DNA from: Dehalococcoidia bacterium
GTDB taxonomy: Bacteria > Chloroflexota > Dehalococcoidia > Lucifugimonadales > JAGWBF01
Reading direction: 5' to 3'
NCBI GenBank assembly: GCA_034423015.1
Contig: DAOUJG010000015.1
Location: 12,104-76,103, forward strand
DNA length: 64,000 nucleotides
The position numbers and the translations under genes were made by a program. The notes under the pieces are model-generated. The model worked only from the letters and a program-made list of their open reading frames with translations, had not been told where the DNA came from and did no database searches. This document shows positions 1-9,243 of the stretch, in pieces. Within the stretch, counting starts at the first letter, position 1, and each line of letters begins with the position of its first letter.

Positions 1-178
1 GGGAGGAGGCGGCCCTGCAGTCGGTTACCAGGGTCTTGACGACATACTCGACGTTGCCGGGCCCAACGTGGTCCGTGACGCCTATGACCTGGTAGCCGCG
101 CACGCTGGCCCGGCGTATTAGCTCGATGGGCGAGAGGACCCCGTCGCTGAGGAACGTATGGGTATGAAAATCAAACAT
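1..178 (-). CDS. PHP-domain metal-dependent phosphoesterase; N-terminal part only, and the gene continues past the window edge
   Basis: Hand translation of the minus strand from the ATG at 178 gives MFDFHTHTFLSDGVLSPIELIRRASVRGYQVIGVTDHVGPGN. The H-x-H start and the DH motif are typical of PHP/histidinol-phosphatase-like proteins. The fragment is too short to appear in the ORF track. Confidence 0.55.
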   Translation of the reverse strand, partial: MFDFHTHTFLSDGVLSPIELIRRASVRGYQVIGVTDHVGPGNVEYVVKTLVTDCRAASS

Positions 179-255
179 CGCGCCTCCACATAGACAACCG
201 GGCAAGGAGCGTGCGGCTCCTTGCCCGGCACATCGGTTCCACCGTCAGACCCTGT

Positions 256-1275
256 CTAGAGGTTGAACTGGGGGTCTACGTAGTCCTTCTCCTTGACGTA
301 GACCTGCAATCGGCTGCGCTGCACCTCGCAGATGACGATCCGCCGCTTGTCGTCGATCTTGACGGCCGCGGGCTCGTCGAAGCGCCACTCCCGCTCCAGG
401 CTCTTGACCCTCTTTCGGGCCCTGCCCATGTCCGGGTTGGCCACTATGCTTGCCAGCCCCCACTTGGGGAGCTGCTGGGCGTCTCCCTGGAAGGTGGTCA
501 GGTGCTCGCCGTCGGGTGCGTAGGCCTGCACCACGTCCTCTCCCCAGTCCGCGACGTAGACGTCGCCCTCATCGTCCACCGCCACACCGCTGGGGCGCCG
601 CAGGGCTCCGTCCCCGCTGCCGGGGGCCCCGAAGCTCATCAGGTAGGTGCCGTCGGGAGAGAACTTCTGCACGCGACTGTTCCGCCAGTCGGCAACATAT
701 ACGTCGCCGTTGCCGTCCAACGTTAGTCCCCAGGCCATGTTGAACTGGCCCTCCCCCGATCCTCCGCTGCCCCACTTGCCAAGGGACTTGCCGTCCTTGG
801 TAAAGGTCTGGACCCGGTTGTTTCCGCTGTCCACAACCCACAGGTTCTCGTCGACGTCGAAGGCCAAGCCCCAGGGCCGGTCTATCTCCCCGTCCCCTGA
901 GCCGTGGACGCCCCACTTGTCGACGAAGTTGCCCTCTTTGTCGAAGATGGTGATCCTGTTCAACACCTCGTCGGAGACGTAGAGGTTCTCGTCTTTGTCC
1001 AGGGCGATGGACGTAATCCCGGCGAACTCCCCATCACCTTCCCCCGGCGCGCCGATGTCCATGATGAACTGTTCGTCGCCGAGCTCGCTGCCCAGGGTGC
1101 ACTTGGTAATCCTGCTGGAGGCCATGAACTCGCTGGGGCCGTTGACGACGTACACCACGTCGTCCGCCGCCAAGGCAAGGTCCAGCGGGTACCGGAAGCC
1201 TTCGCCCCCGTTGGTCCCCCTGCCTATACAGTGGCTGTAGGTGTAGGTGCGCCCGTACACCGTTCTAGTAAGCAT
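256..1275 (-). CDS. NHL-repeat beta-propeller protein, paralogue of 39735..40757
   Basis: 339-aa ORF with repeated (Y/L)V(A/S/V)D..N.R(I/V)Q.F...G...(K/S)(W/F)G..G.G.G(E/Q)(F/L) blades, the NHL repeat signature. It lies directly downstream of a DUF1800 gene. Confidence 0.85.
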   Translation of the reverse strand: MLTRTVYGRTYTYSHCIGRGTNGGEGFRYPLDLALAADDVVYVVNGPSEFMASSRITKCTLGSELGDEQFIMDIGAPGEGDGEFAGITSIALDKDENLYVSDEVLNRITIFDKEGNFVDKWGVHGSGDGEIDRPWGLAFDVDENLWVVDSGNNRVQTFTKDGKSLGKWGSGGSGEGQFNMAWGLTLDGNGDVYVADWRNSRVQKFSPDGTYLMSFGAPGSGDGALRRPSGVAVDDEGDVYVADWGEDVVQAYAPDGEHLTTFQGDAQQLPKWGLASIVANPDMGRARKRVKSLEREWRFDEPAAVKIDDKRRIVICEVQRSRLQVYVKEKDYVDPQFNL

Positions 1276-1331
1276 CTCTCGCCTCCCGAAAGGCTATTGC
1301 GCTATGGTCCGAGCCTGGGTCGCGAATCGGG

Positions 1332-2756
1332 CTAACCGAACTGGTACTCACGGGAGGCGGCGATGAGCTGGAGCATCTGCAGCACCCGCTGGGTGGACCG
1401 GTCCGCATCCTGCTGGGAGGCCCAGCTAACGTCCCCACCGGCCCTGGCCTGGGTCAGCAGCTCCTCGTGGGTGACCTCGTTGACCTGGGTCGGACCGATG
1501 AGGTCGATGCAGGTGTCCACCAGATCCTCGGGGCTGAGGTCTCCCTGCTCCCGGACTCTATCGACGATGTCCCTCACTCCGGGCATACTGATGTCCCCGA
1601 CCCGGTCGGCGACGAAGTTGATCCGTCTCACCAGCGAACCGCTGTCGATCCACTCGGCGCCGGTGTGCCATCCCTCGACACTGGGCGGGTCCAGCAGGGA
1701 CTGGCCCATGTTGGTCGGCTCCATACCCAGCGCCATGAGGCCGGGCTTGGGAGCGCCCTTGAAGTCGCCCACCAGGTTCATGGTGCCCACCACCACCTCG
1801 GCGGGGCTCTTCACCTTGGCGAAGCGGACGGACTCGGCCTTGAAGAAGTCCGAGTTGAACAGCACCCGCAGCGTCTGCCTCATGTCGTAGCCGGAGCTCA
1901 CGAAGGCGTCGCCGATGATGTTGAGGGCCGCGGGGTCCCTGGGGGGGTTGTGCTGCCACGCCGGCACCTGCTCCTCGTCGGCCACGAAGAAGTTGTACAG
2001 ATGGCGGGCGATGAACCTGGCCGTGGCCGGCTGCCGCACGACGATGTCTATGATGTCGTCGCCGTTGAAGTTCCCCTTATGGCCGAGGAAGGTCTTCTCT
2101 CCGTCATCGTGGTCCTCGGGCTTGTATTCGAACTGCCACGGGAAGCGGCCCAGGGGCAGGCGGGGAATCTTGGCCGCGATGGTCCAGCCCGTGAAGGCCC
2201 TGGAGCACTCGAAGACGTCCTGCTCGGTGTAGTTGCCCACACCCATGGAGAACAGCTCCAGCAGCTCCCGGCCCCAGTTCTCGTTGGGCTCGTCCTTATG
2301 GTTCTCGTTGTTGTCCAGCCAGAAGATCATGGCCGGGTTCTTGGCCAGCTCGACGAGCAGGTCCCGGTAGTTGCCCATCCCGTGGGTCCGGAACATGTTT
2401 ATCTGCTCGAGCATCTGGTCACAGTTGTCCACCTTGGAGTTGCCGGTTGCGAAAAGGTGGTGCCAGAAGAGGGCCATCTTCTCCTGCAGGGGCCGTTCGG
2501 TATTGATCATCTGCCACATGTAGTTGGCCTGGCCGTTGTAGGGCACTCCGCCGGGGAGCTTCGCTCCAGGGGCGTGCCGGAACAGGAGGTCCTCGTCGTT
2601 GTCGTCGATGCCGTGCTTCTCCGGCTCCAGCAACTCCTCGACGGTTGCCTCATAGCCCCGGGCCGCTCGCTCCTCCAGCTCGGCGCGGGACGCTCCGAAT
2701 CCTGCACGCCTCATGAGGTGGGCCATTAACGCAATATCTTCACTGCCAGCCATGGT
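1332..2756 (-). CDS. DUF1800 family protein, paralogue of 38270..39676
   Basis: Motifs LMAHLMRRAGFGAS, MIFWLDN..N, NENWGRELLELFSMGVGNYTEQDV, DPPSVEGWHTG and a C-terminal (Y/F)Q are as I remember for DUF1800. The start is placed at the internal Met (MAGSEDIALMAH) rather than the ORF-track start at 2810. Confidence 0.8.
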   Translation of the reverse strand, partial: TMAGSEDIALMAHLMRRAGFGASRAELEERAARGYEATVEELLEPEKHGIDDNDEDLLFRHAPGAKLPGGVPYNGQANYMWQMINTERPLQEKMALFWHHLFATGNSKVDNCDQMLEQINMFRTHGMGNYRDLLVELAKNPAMIFWLDNNENHKDEPNENWGRELLELFSMGVGNYTEQDVFECSRAFTGWTIAAKIPRLPLGRFPWQFEYKPEDHDDGEKTFLGHKGNFNGDDIIDIVVRQPATARFIARHLYNFFVADEEQVPAWQHNPPRDPAALNIIGDAFVSSGYDMRQTLRVLFNSDFFKAESVRFAKVKSPAEVVVGTMNLVGDFKGAPKPGLMALGMEPTNMGQSLLDPPSVEGWHTGAEWIDSGSLVRRINFVADRVGDISMPGVRDIVDRVREQGDLSPEDLVDTCIDLIGPTQVNEVTHEELLTQARAGGDVSWASQQDADRSTQRVLQMLQLIAASREYQFG

Positions 2757-2939
2757 CGCTCCTTTCGGGTGGTTCTCTGAAGGGATCTGGGCACGTGCCA
2801 CTCCCGGCACGGCTACAAATCAGGCCCGGCCACTCGCGCCGGGCTGGCCTCCTAAGATCGGAGGTCGCTCACGGTGCTATTCTAGTCCAAACCCCGGCGC
2901 GGGTCAACTTTCATGCCTCCCGCCGCGCGGGATGCGCTA

Positions 2940-4586
2940 TCACCCGCCGCGGAGCGAGAAAGCGGGCTCCAGGCTGGTGATTATCTCCACCAAAGCGGGC
3001 TGCCCCGAGGCCACCACTTGCTGGGCCCGCCGGATGGCGGGGACCACGTCCTCGGGCCTCTCGACCCGCTCGTTGTACCCACCCATGGCCGCGGCCACCT
3101 CGGCGTAGTTGCCGGACAGCCGGCCGGTCCCGTACTCCCGGGCCGCGACCGGGAACCGGTCGGGACCGTAGATGCCCATACCCGAGTTGTTGTTGACGAT
3201 GGTGAGGATGGGAATGCGCTCCCTGATGGCCGTTTCGAAGTCCAGGCCCACCATGCCGAAGGCGGCGTCTCCCATCACGTTCACGGCCAGCTTGTCCGGC
3301 TCCGCCAGCTTGGCGCCCATGGCCAGGCCGAACCCGTATCCCAGCTGGGTGGACTTGCCCCAGCCGATGAAGGTGCGTGGAGCAACAGCCTCGAAGAAGG
3401 GAGACATCTGGTCCCGTGGACTACCGGAGTCGTGGGTTATGATGGTGTTCTTGCGGTCCAGCGTATGCATCAGGTCCCAGACCACCCGGTACGGGTTGAT
3501 GGGCACCTCGTCGGAGGTGAGCTTGGGCATCCACTCCTTCAACCAGCCGTCCTTGACGGCCTTTACCTCCCGGACGACCTCACCGCCCTCCCGGGGAACG
3601 CTCGACCCTCCCTGCGACCGGACCTCCTGAAGGAGCTGTCCCAACACCAGCTTGGAGTCGCCGATGACCGCGTGGTCGGCCCTGTAGTCCTTGTTGATGT
3701 CCTCGGCGTCGTTGGTCGAGTGGATGATGGTCTTGCCGCCGGGTATGCCCACGCCGAAGCTGCCGATGGTCAGGCTGCACCCGATGCCGAACACCAGGTC
3801 GCTCTCCTTCAGGAAGTGCACCACCGGGCCCGTCGTCACGGCGCCGCCGGCGCCAATGGACAGGGCATGGTCCTCGGGAAAGGCGCTCTTGCCCGAGAGG
3901 GTCGTCATCACGGGGGCCTGGAGAAGCTCGGACAACTCCCTCAGCTCGTCCCAAGCCTCGGCGTACAAGATCCCCTGGCCCGCGTGGATGACAGGGCGCC
4001 TGGCAGCCAGCAACGCCCTGGCGACCTCCGCCACGTCTGCAGGGTCCCCGGCCGTCCTCCTGGGCGCGACGGGAACGTAGTGGAAGTCGGCTTCGTCCAG
4101 CTCCGCCGACAGGATGTCGGCGGGCAGGTCCAGCATTACGGGGCTGGGCCTACCCATGCGCAGGTGGCTGAAGGCCCTGCGCATCATCTCGGGCACGCGC
4201 TCGACCAGGTTGATCTGGTCCACCCACTTGGTCACGCCCCTGTAGCTTCGCGTGGGGCTGAAGTTCGGCCGCACACCGGTCCGGGACCGGCCGGCGGCGG
4301 CGGGCAGCAGGAGTATCGGGACGGAGTCCGCGTAGGCCTGGGCCACTCCGGCAAAGGCGTTCTCGGCCCCCGCCTGGGCCTGCATGGTGAAGGCGCCTAT
4401 TCTGCGGCCGCCGGTGGTGCGGCTGAAGCCGTCGGCCATGTTGACGCCCACGCGCTCCTGGCGGAAGATGATGGGCCGGACTCCCGCCACCGCCACGGCC
4501 TCGGTGAGGGTGCTGAAGGGTATGCAGCCGATGAAATCGACTCCCTCCCGCTTCAGGATGTTGGCGATGGCGTCGGCGCCCTTCAT
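2940..4586 (-). CDS. Thiamine-pyrophosphate-dependent enzyme (acetolactate synthase large-subunit-like family)
   Basis: 548 aa. The N-terminal TPP-pyrimidine domain reads MKGADAIANILKREGVDFIGCIP...FRQERVGVNMADGFSR. The C-terminal TPP-binding motif reads GDAAFGMVGLDFETAIRERIPILTIVNNN. A GGAG RBS lies upstream. Confidence 0.85.
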   Translation of the reverse strand: MKGADAIANILKREGVDFIGCIPFSTLTEAVAVAGVRPIIFRQERVGVNMADGFSRTTGGRRIGAFTMQAQAGAENAFAGVAQAYADSVPILLLPAAAGRSRTGVRPNFSPTRSYRGVTKWVDQINLVERVPEMMRRAFSHLRMGRPSPVMLDLPADILSAELDEADFHYVPVAPRRTAGDPADVAEVARALLAARRPVIHAGQGILYAEAWDELRELSELLQAPVMTTLSGKSAFPEDHALSIGAGGAVTTGPVVHFLKESDLVFGIGCSLTIGSFGVGIPGGKTIIHSTNDAEDINKDYRADHAVIGDSKLVLGQLLQEVRSQGGSSVPREGGEVVREVKAVKDGWLKEWMPKLTSDEVPINPYRVVWDLMHTLDRKNTIITHDSGSPRDQMSPFFEAVAPRTFIGWGKSTQLGYGFGLAMGAKLAEPDKLAVNVMGDAAFGMVGLDFETAIRERIPILTIVNNNSGMGIYGPDRFPVAAREYGTGRLSGNYAEVAAAMGGYNERVERPEDVVPAIRRAQQVVASGQPALVEIITSLEPAFSLRGG

Positions 4587-4596
4587 TGGCTACTCC

Positions 4597-4884
4597 TTAT
4601 GAGCCCATTATTATAGTGGCCCTGTCCAGTCCCGCGGCCCTCGTGGAGCCCGGGTACCTGGCGGGATGTATACCCTCGCCCAGCCGCTCCTCGATGAGCT
4701 GGTCGTTGTCGTCGTAGTAGTACCCCTCAACGGACTCCAGGTAGTCGGCCCACCTGGCCGTGCTGCGCTGGATCCTCACGATGGTCGCCACCAGCGGCAT
4801 GCCGTACTCGGGAAAAACGGCGTGGGTTACGAGGTTCCAGTACGGCAGCTCGGCGCTGATAAAGGCGACCTTCTCGACCCTCAT
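4597..4884 (-). CDS. Small hypothetical protein (~95 aa) immediately upstream of the TPP enzyme gene
   Basis: An internal Met (MRVEKVAFISAELPYWN...) is preceded by a GGAGGA RBS. The gene stops 8 nt before the next gene start. The longer ORF-track version (to 5247) overlaps the HNH gene on the opposite strand and is Arg-rich, so I consider the extension spurious. Confidence 0.4.
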   Translation of the reverse strand: MRVEKVAFISAELPYWNLVTHAVFPEYGMPLVATIVRIQRSTARWADYLESVEGYYYDDNDQLIEERLGEGIHPARYPGSTRAAGLDRATIIMGS

Positions 4885-5046
4885 GCGGGTCCTCCGTCTA
4901 TTCCACCGGAAGCGGAATGGTCTTCGCCTCGGTCCCAGGCTGGCCGTCCCAGGGTGGTATGAGTATACCGGAGAGTGTGACGAGGTATCAACATAGGAAC
5001 GACGCCTATTGCTCGATACAACTACACCTGCCTGGATCCTGGCTTC

Positions 5047-5397
5047 ATGCCTCCGGGCCGGGGTAATATGTACTACCATGGAGAGGCCTGGACGGTGAAG
5101 TCGACGGGTGGCCCTACACCGGTTAGGTGCGAGCTCTGCCAGCGAGACACGGAGCGCCCCACGTCCCACCACCTGGTGCCGAAGCTCAAGGGAGGCCGCA
5201 AGGGGCCCCAGGCGCGGCTCTGCTCCACCTGCCACAGACAGGTCCACGCCATGTTCACCGAGGGGACTCTGGCCAAGCGGCTGAATACACTGGAGGCCCT
5301 GCGGAGCGACCCAAGGATGGCGGCGTACCTGTCCTGGGTGCGGAAGCGGTCCGGCGGTTCCCAGTTCAGGGTCCGCCGTTGGAAGGGACGATTCTAG
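5047..5397 (+). CDS. Small stand-alone HNH endonuclease-like protein
   Basis: The sequence CELCQRDTERPTSHHLVPKLKGGRKGPQARLCSTCHRQVH fits the C-x2-C ... HH ... C-x2-C-H HNH/zinc-finger layout. The start is uncertain (5047 or the Met at 5068). Confidence 0.65.
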   Translation: MPPGRGNMYYHGEAWTVKSTGGPTPVRCELCQRDTERPTSHHLVPKLKGGRKGPQARLCSTCHRQVHAMFTEGTLAKRLNTLEALRSDPRMAAYLSWVRKRSGGSQFRVRRWKGRF

Positions 5398-5425
5398 CCG
5401 GGCGCCAGGCCGGTCCGGGCGCCGC

Positions 5426-7108
5426 CTATCCGCCGGCCTTGCGCCGGGCGATGGCGGCCTCGGCCCTGGGGCTTATGGCCCTCTGCACCGCCACGTTCAC
5501 CAGCGCCGGCTTCCCCGAGGCGAAGGCCCGTTCCACGGCTGGGACCAGGTCCTCGGGGCGCTCGACCAGCTCTCCGTAGCCTCCCAGGCCTTCGACGACC
5601 CTGTCGTACCGGGTCTGGAGCAGGTCGGTGGCGATGGGCCGGCCGTAGAGGCCAAGCTGGATCTGCCGGTCTATGCCCCACGCCGCGTCGTTTCCCATGA
5701 CAGCGACCAAAGGCAGGTCATGCCGCACGGCGGTGTCGAACTCCATGCCGTTGAACCCGAAGGCGCCGTCGCCCGTGAACATGACCACCCGGGCATCGGG
5801 ATGGGCCAGCTTCGCGGCCATGGCCGTGGGCAGGGAGGAGCCCAGCATTCCCAGGCTGGACACGTAGAGCCATCTCCTGGGCGTTTGCGCCGCGTGGATG
5901 GCCCGGCCGAAGTGACAGAAGTCCCCGCCGTCGAACACCAGGAAATCGTCGGGGCGCAGGAGGGTCTGCATGGCGCGGTGCACGTAGGTGGCGTGCATGG
6001 GGGTCTCGGCGGCGGCCAGGGTGTCCAGCCATTCGTCCTGGGCCTCCCTCTCGGCCTGAAGCCTGTCCAGCCAGGGCAGACGGGGCCAGGAGTGTCGGGC
6101 CGCCTCGTCGGCAAGCTGCTCGACCACTCCGGCGATATCCCCCACGATCCCCACGTCGACGCCCCGGTTCCGGCCGATCTCGGCGGCGCTGGGGTCCACC
6201 TGGACCATCCGGGCGTCGGCGGCGATGGCCGGGGGCAGCCCGTAACCGATGGTGTAGTCCTGCTTCCTTCCCAGCAGCAGGACCACGTCGGCCTCCCGGA
6301 CCATGGCCGCGGCCCGGTTCAGCCCCCTCTCGAAGAAGCCGAAGCAGCTGGGATGGTCGTCGGCCACCAGTCCCCTGGCCTGGTCCTCGGTAAGGATGGG
6401 GAGGTTGGTGGTCTCCACGAACCTTCGGAGCACCTCGCCGGCGTCGGCGTCGGCGGCCGCGCCCCCCACTACGATCATGGGGCGGCTGCCCTGGCGGAGC
6501 AGGTCGACGGCCTGTCGCACCAGCTCGGGCCTGGCCTGGGAGGCGGGGCCCGGCCGGTACTCCCGGGGCTGGTACAGGCTCACCTCCTCGTCGGAGACCC
6601 GCTGCTCCTGTACGTCCATGGGGATGGTGAGGTGAACGGGGCCGCGTCGTCCGCTGAAGGCGGTCCTCATCGCCCTGGCGACGAACTCGGGGATACGCCG
6701 GGCGTCGTGGACCATCCACGAGCCCTTGGTTACGGGCGAGGCCATGTCCACCTGCTCGATCTCCTGCATGGCGCCCTGTCCCAGGTGGGCCAGGTCCGCG
6801 GACCCGGAGATGGAGACCACGGGACTGTCGGAGTGGAAGGCGTTGGCCAGTCCGGGGACGGCATTGGCGAACCCGGGGGTGGTGTAGCTGACCACGCCCG
6901 GTTGCCCGGTTATGCGCGCCCAGGCATCGGCCATATGGACGGCGGCCTGCTCGTGCCGGGTATCCACGTACCGGAAGTCCATATCGTGGAGCACGTCCAG
7001 GAGGGGCAGGATGTGGTCCCCCGCCAGCGTGAAGATGTTGTCCACGCCCTCCAGCTTGAGGGCCCTGCCGATGAGATGGCTGCCAGTAACCACTTGTGAA
7101 CCGGACAT
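5426..7108 (-). CDS. Thiamine-pyrophosphate-dependent enzyme (second paralogue, acetolactate synthase-like)
   Basis: VTGSHLIGRALKLEGVDNIFTLAGDHILP...HEQAAVHMADAWAR forms the N-terminal domain. GDGAFGFNGMEFDTAVRHDLPLVAVMGNDAAW is the TPP-binding motif. The start is placed at MSGSQ (7108), which has a GGGAGG RBS. Confidence 0.85.
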   Translation of the reverse strand: MSGSQVVTGSHLIGRALKLEGVDNIFTLAGDHILPLLDVLHDMDFRYVDTRHEQAAVHMADAWARITGQPGVVSYTTPGFANAVPGLANAFHSDSPVVSISGSADLAHLGQGAMQEIEQVDMASPVTKGSWMVHDARRIPEFVARAMRTAFSGRRGPVHLTIPMDVQEQRVSDEEVSLYQPREYRPGPASQARPELVRQAVDLLRQGSRPMIVVGGAAADADAGEVLRRFVETTNLPILTEDQARGLVADDHPSCFGFFERGLNRAAAMVREADVVLLLGRKQDYTIGYGLPPAIAADARMVQVDPSAAEIGRNRGVDVGIVGDIAGVVEQLADEAARHSWPRLPWLDRLQAEREAQDEWLDTLAAAETPMHATYVHRAMQTLLRPDDFLVFDGGDFCHFGRAIHAAQTPRRWLYVSSLGMLGSSLPTAMAAKLAHPDARVVMFTGDGAFGFNGMEFDTAVRHDLPLVAVMGNDAAWGIDRQIQLGLYGRPIATDLLQTRYDRVVEGLGGYGELVERPEDLVPAVERAFASGKPALVNVAVQRAISPRAEAAIARRKAGG

Positions 7109-7188
7109 GGAAGACCTCCCGACGATGAAGGAACGACGAAACGATGCCATTATGGGCGAGCCCTGGGCGGGCGTCAACTCGGCCCAGG

Positions 7189-8175
7189 TCAGGCCAGGAC
7201 GAAGACCAGGTAGACGCCCGCGACGTAGACGGGGACCATCACCGCGAGCCCGACGTTGCAGAGGGCCGCACGGACCCTGTCCCTGGCCATCACCTGGGCC
7301 AGGCCCAGGGCCATCAGGAGCACGGCTATCAGGCCCGCGGCAATGTGCTCCCGTCCCAGGGCCTCCACCAGGACCCCCTTCCGGTAGAAGGGGTCGGCCA
7401 GGGCGAGAATGAGGATGTTGAAGGCGCAGCTACCGTACAGGTTGCCGAAGGCCAGGTCCGACGCTCTCAGGCGGATGGCCGCGATGCTGGTGGACACCTC
7501 GGGCATGCTGGTGACCATGGCTATGGCGATGACGCCCAGGAAGCTGGTGGCGAGGCCGGTGAGCTCTGCGATCTCCTCGACGCTGAAGGCAAGCCACGGC
7601 GCGGCGACGATGACGCCCAGGGATGCCAGGCCGAACAGCGTCCACGCCCTGCGAAGGCTGGGCAGCCCGTCGGCGGCGGCCTCGGCCGGCTGACCCGTTG
7701 GGAGGGCCACGTAGACCAGGCGCATCGCCCCGAGATAGGTCCCCAGGATGAGGGCCGAAGACAGTCCTACGGACACCACGTCCAGACCGATGGGAAAGGC
7801 GATGAGGACGATGGCAAGGGCCGTGAGGGACGAGGAGGCCAGGACCAGCCACCCCTGCTCCGGCACGACTTGGTGGAAGAACCGGCGCCCGCCGAAGAGC
7901 AGGGCGACCGACGCGAGCACCAGCATGTTCACCATGTTGGAGCCCAGGATGTCCCCACCGGCAAGGTCGGGCTGGTCCCTGGTGGCCACGGTGATGTTGG
8001 TCAGGAGCTCCGGCAGGGACGTGGCCACCGACACCAGGATGGTGCCGACCCAGACCCTGCCCCAGCCCAGCCGGGCGGCGAGGACGTCCCCGTACCTTGC
8101 CAGGTACGCTCCACTGGCGATCACTAGGATGGCGCTGGCAACAAACAGGAGAAGTGCGGGCGCCAGGCCATTCAT
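7189..8175 (-). CDS. Ca2+/cation antiporter (CaCA, YrbG-like sodium/calcium exchanger membrane protein)
   Basis: 328-aa polytopic ORF with two alpha-repeat motifs, GTILVSVATSLPELLTNI..GDILGSNMVN and GVIAIAMVTSMPEVSTSI..GNLYGSCAFN. Confidence 0.85.
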   Translation of the reverse strand: MNGLAPALLLFVASAILVIASGAYLARYGDVLAARLGWGRVWVGTILVSVATSLPELLTNITVATRDQPDLAGGDILGSNMVNMLVLASVALLFGGRRFFHQVVPEQGWLVLASSSLTALAIVLIAFPIGLDVVSVGLSSALILGTYLGAMRLVYVALPTGQPAEAAADGLPSLRRAWTLFGLASLGVIVAAPWLAFSVEEIAELTGLATSFLGVIAIAMVTSMPEVSTSIAAIRLRASDLAFGNLYGSCAFNILILALADPFYRKGVLVEALGREHIAAGLIAVLLMALGLAQVMARDRVRAALCNVGLAVMVPVYVAGVYLVFVLA

Positions 8176-8263
8176 GGGGTTAGGATAAACCCTGCCCCAC
8201 GGTTTTTAAACGCTCAGCCGGGGCCCGTTATGCGGGAATCGCGAAGGGCCCATATCTCGTCGT

Positions 8264-9112
8264 CTACTGGCGGATGAGCTTGGTGAGGCGCTGCTCCGTC
8301 GGCTCGGCCACGTACAGGTCGCCGTGGGAGTCGCCGTACAGGCCGTGGGGAACGTTGAGGACGGGCCTTCCGCGGGCGATCATGGTGCCGCTGCTTCCGT
8401 CGAAGACGCTGAGCCTGGGCACCAAGTCACCCACGTAGACGGCGCCGTCCGCATCCACGTAGACGTCGGTGGGCCTGAAGAAGTCGGTCCACTGGTCGAT
8501 GAACTCGCCCTCGGGGGTAAACACCTGCACTCGGCCATGCTCCCGGTCGGTGACGTACACTCTTTCGTTGCCATCGACCCAAATCCCGTGGGGAACGCTG
8601 AACTGTCCGGGGCCCTTTCCGGGAGACCCCCAGGAGAGGATCAGGTCCCCGTTGGCCGAGAACCTGTGCACCCGGGAGTTGGCATAGCCGTCGGCCACGT
8701 ATATATCGCCGTTGGGCGCCACGGCAACGTCGGCGGGGTGGTTGAAGGGCTCCTGGAATGCCGGCTTCTCCTCGGTTCCCAGGGTCATCACCACGGTCCC
8801 GTCCAGGGTGCACTTGACGACGGTATGGGCGTCCCGGTTGCCCAGGTAGACGTGGTCGTCGTCGCTGATGTATATGCCGTGGGCGTCGATGAACATGCCG
8901 GAGCCCCACGACCCCAGGTACTTGCCGTCACGGTCGAATATGACGACGGGAGGATCCTTGCGCTGGAAGGCATAGACCCTGTCATGGGAATCCACGCCCA
9001 CGTGACTCACGCCCCCCAGGTCCATCCCATCGGGGAGCTCACCCCAGGGACGTACCACCTCGTAGACGTAGTTCCCCGTACCGGCAATCAGCTTGGTCAT
9101 ATCGGACGCCAC
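8264..9112 (-). CDS. Six-bladed beta-propeller, NHL / peptidyl-alpha-hydroxyglycine lyase-like protein
   Basis: 282 aa with repeated (V/I)Y(V/I)(A/T/G)D...(R/H)(V/I)..F...G blades (DIYVADGYANSRVHRFSANGD, RVYVTDREHGRVQVFTPEGE). The start is GTG 9112 or ATG 9100. Confidence 0.7.
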   Translation of the reverse strand: MASDMTKLIAGTGNYVYEVVRPWGELPDGMDLGGVSHVGVDSHDRVYAFQRKDPPVVIFDRDGKYLGSWGSGMFIDAHGIYISDDDHVYLGNRDAHTVVKCTLDGTVVMTLGTEEKPAFQEPFNHPADVAVAPNGDIYVADGYANSRVHRFSANGDLILSWGSPGKGPGQFSVPHGIWVDGNERVYVTDREHGRVQVFTPEGEFIDQWTDFFRPTDVYVDADGAVYVGDLVPRLSVFDGSSGTMIARGRPVLNVPHGLYGDSHGDLYVAEPTEQRLTKLIRQ

Positions 9113-9243
9113 CCCTTCCGCATGGAGATGTTACGCAACCACCTCCCCGCACCCGTGGCCTCCGGCCCGGGAGCCGGAGCGACGGTGGAGAGGGGACTCC
9201 CTACATCAGACCCGAGGTCGGGCCTCGCCGGGGAGAGGGCAAG

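Noticed and set aside
4885-5247. Upstream 121 codons of ORF 4597..5247(-).
   Set aside because: The stretch is Arg-rich and low-complexity, it overlaps the HNH gene on the other strand, and the RBS-supported start is at 4884.
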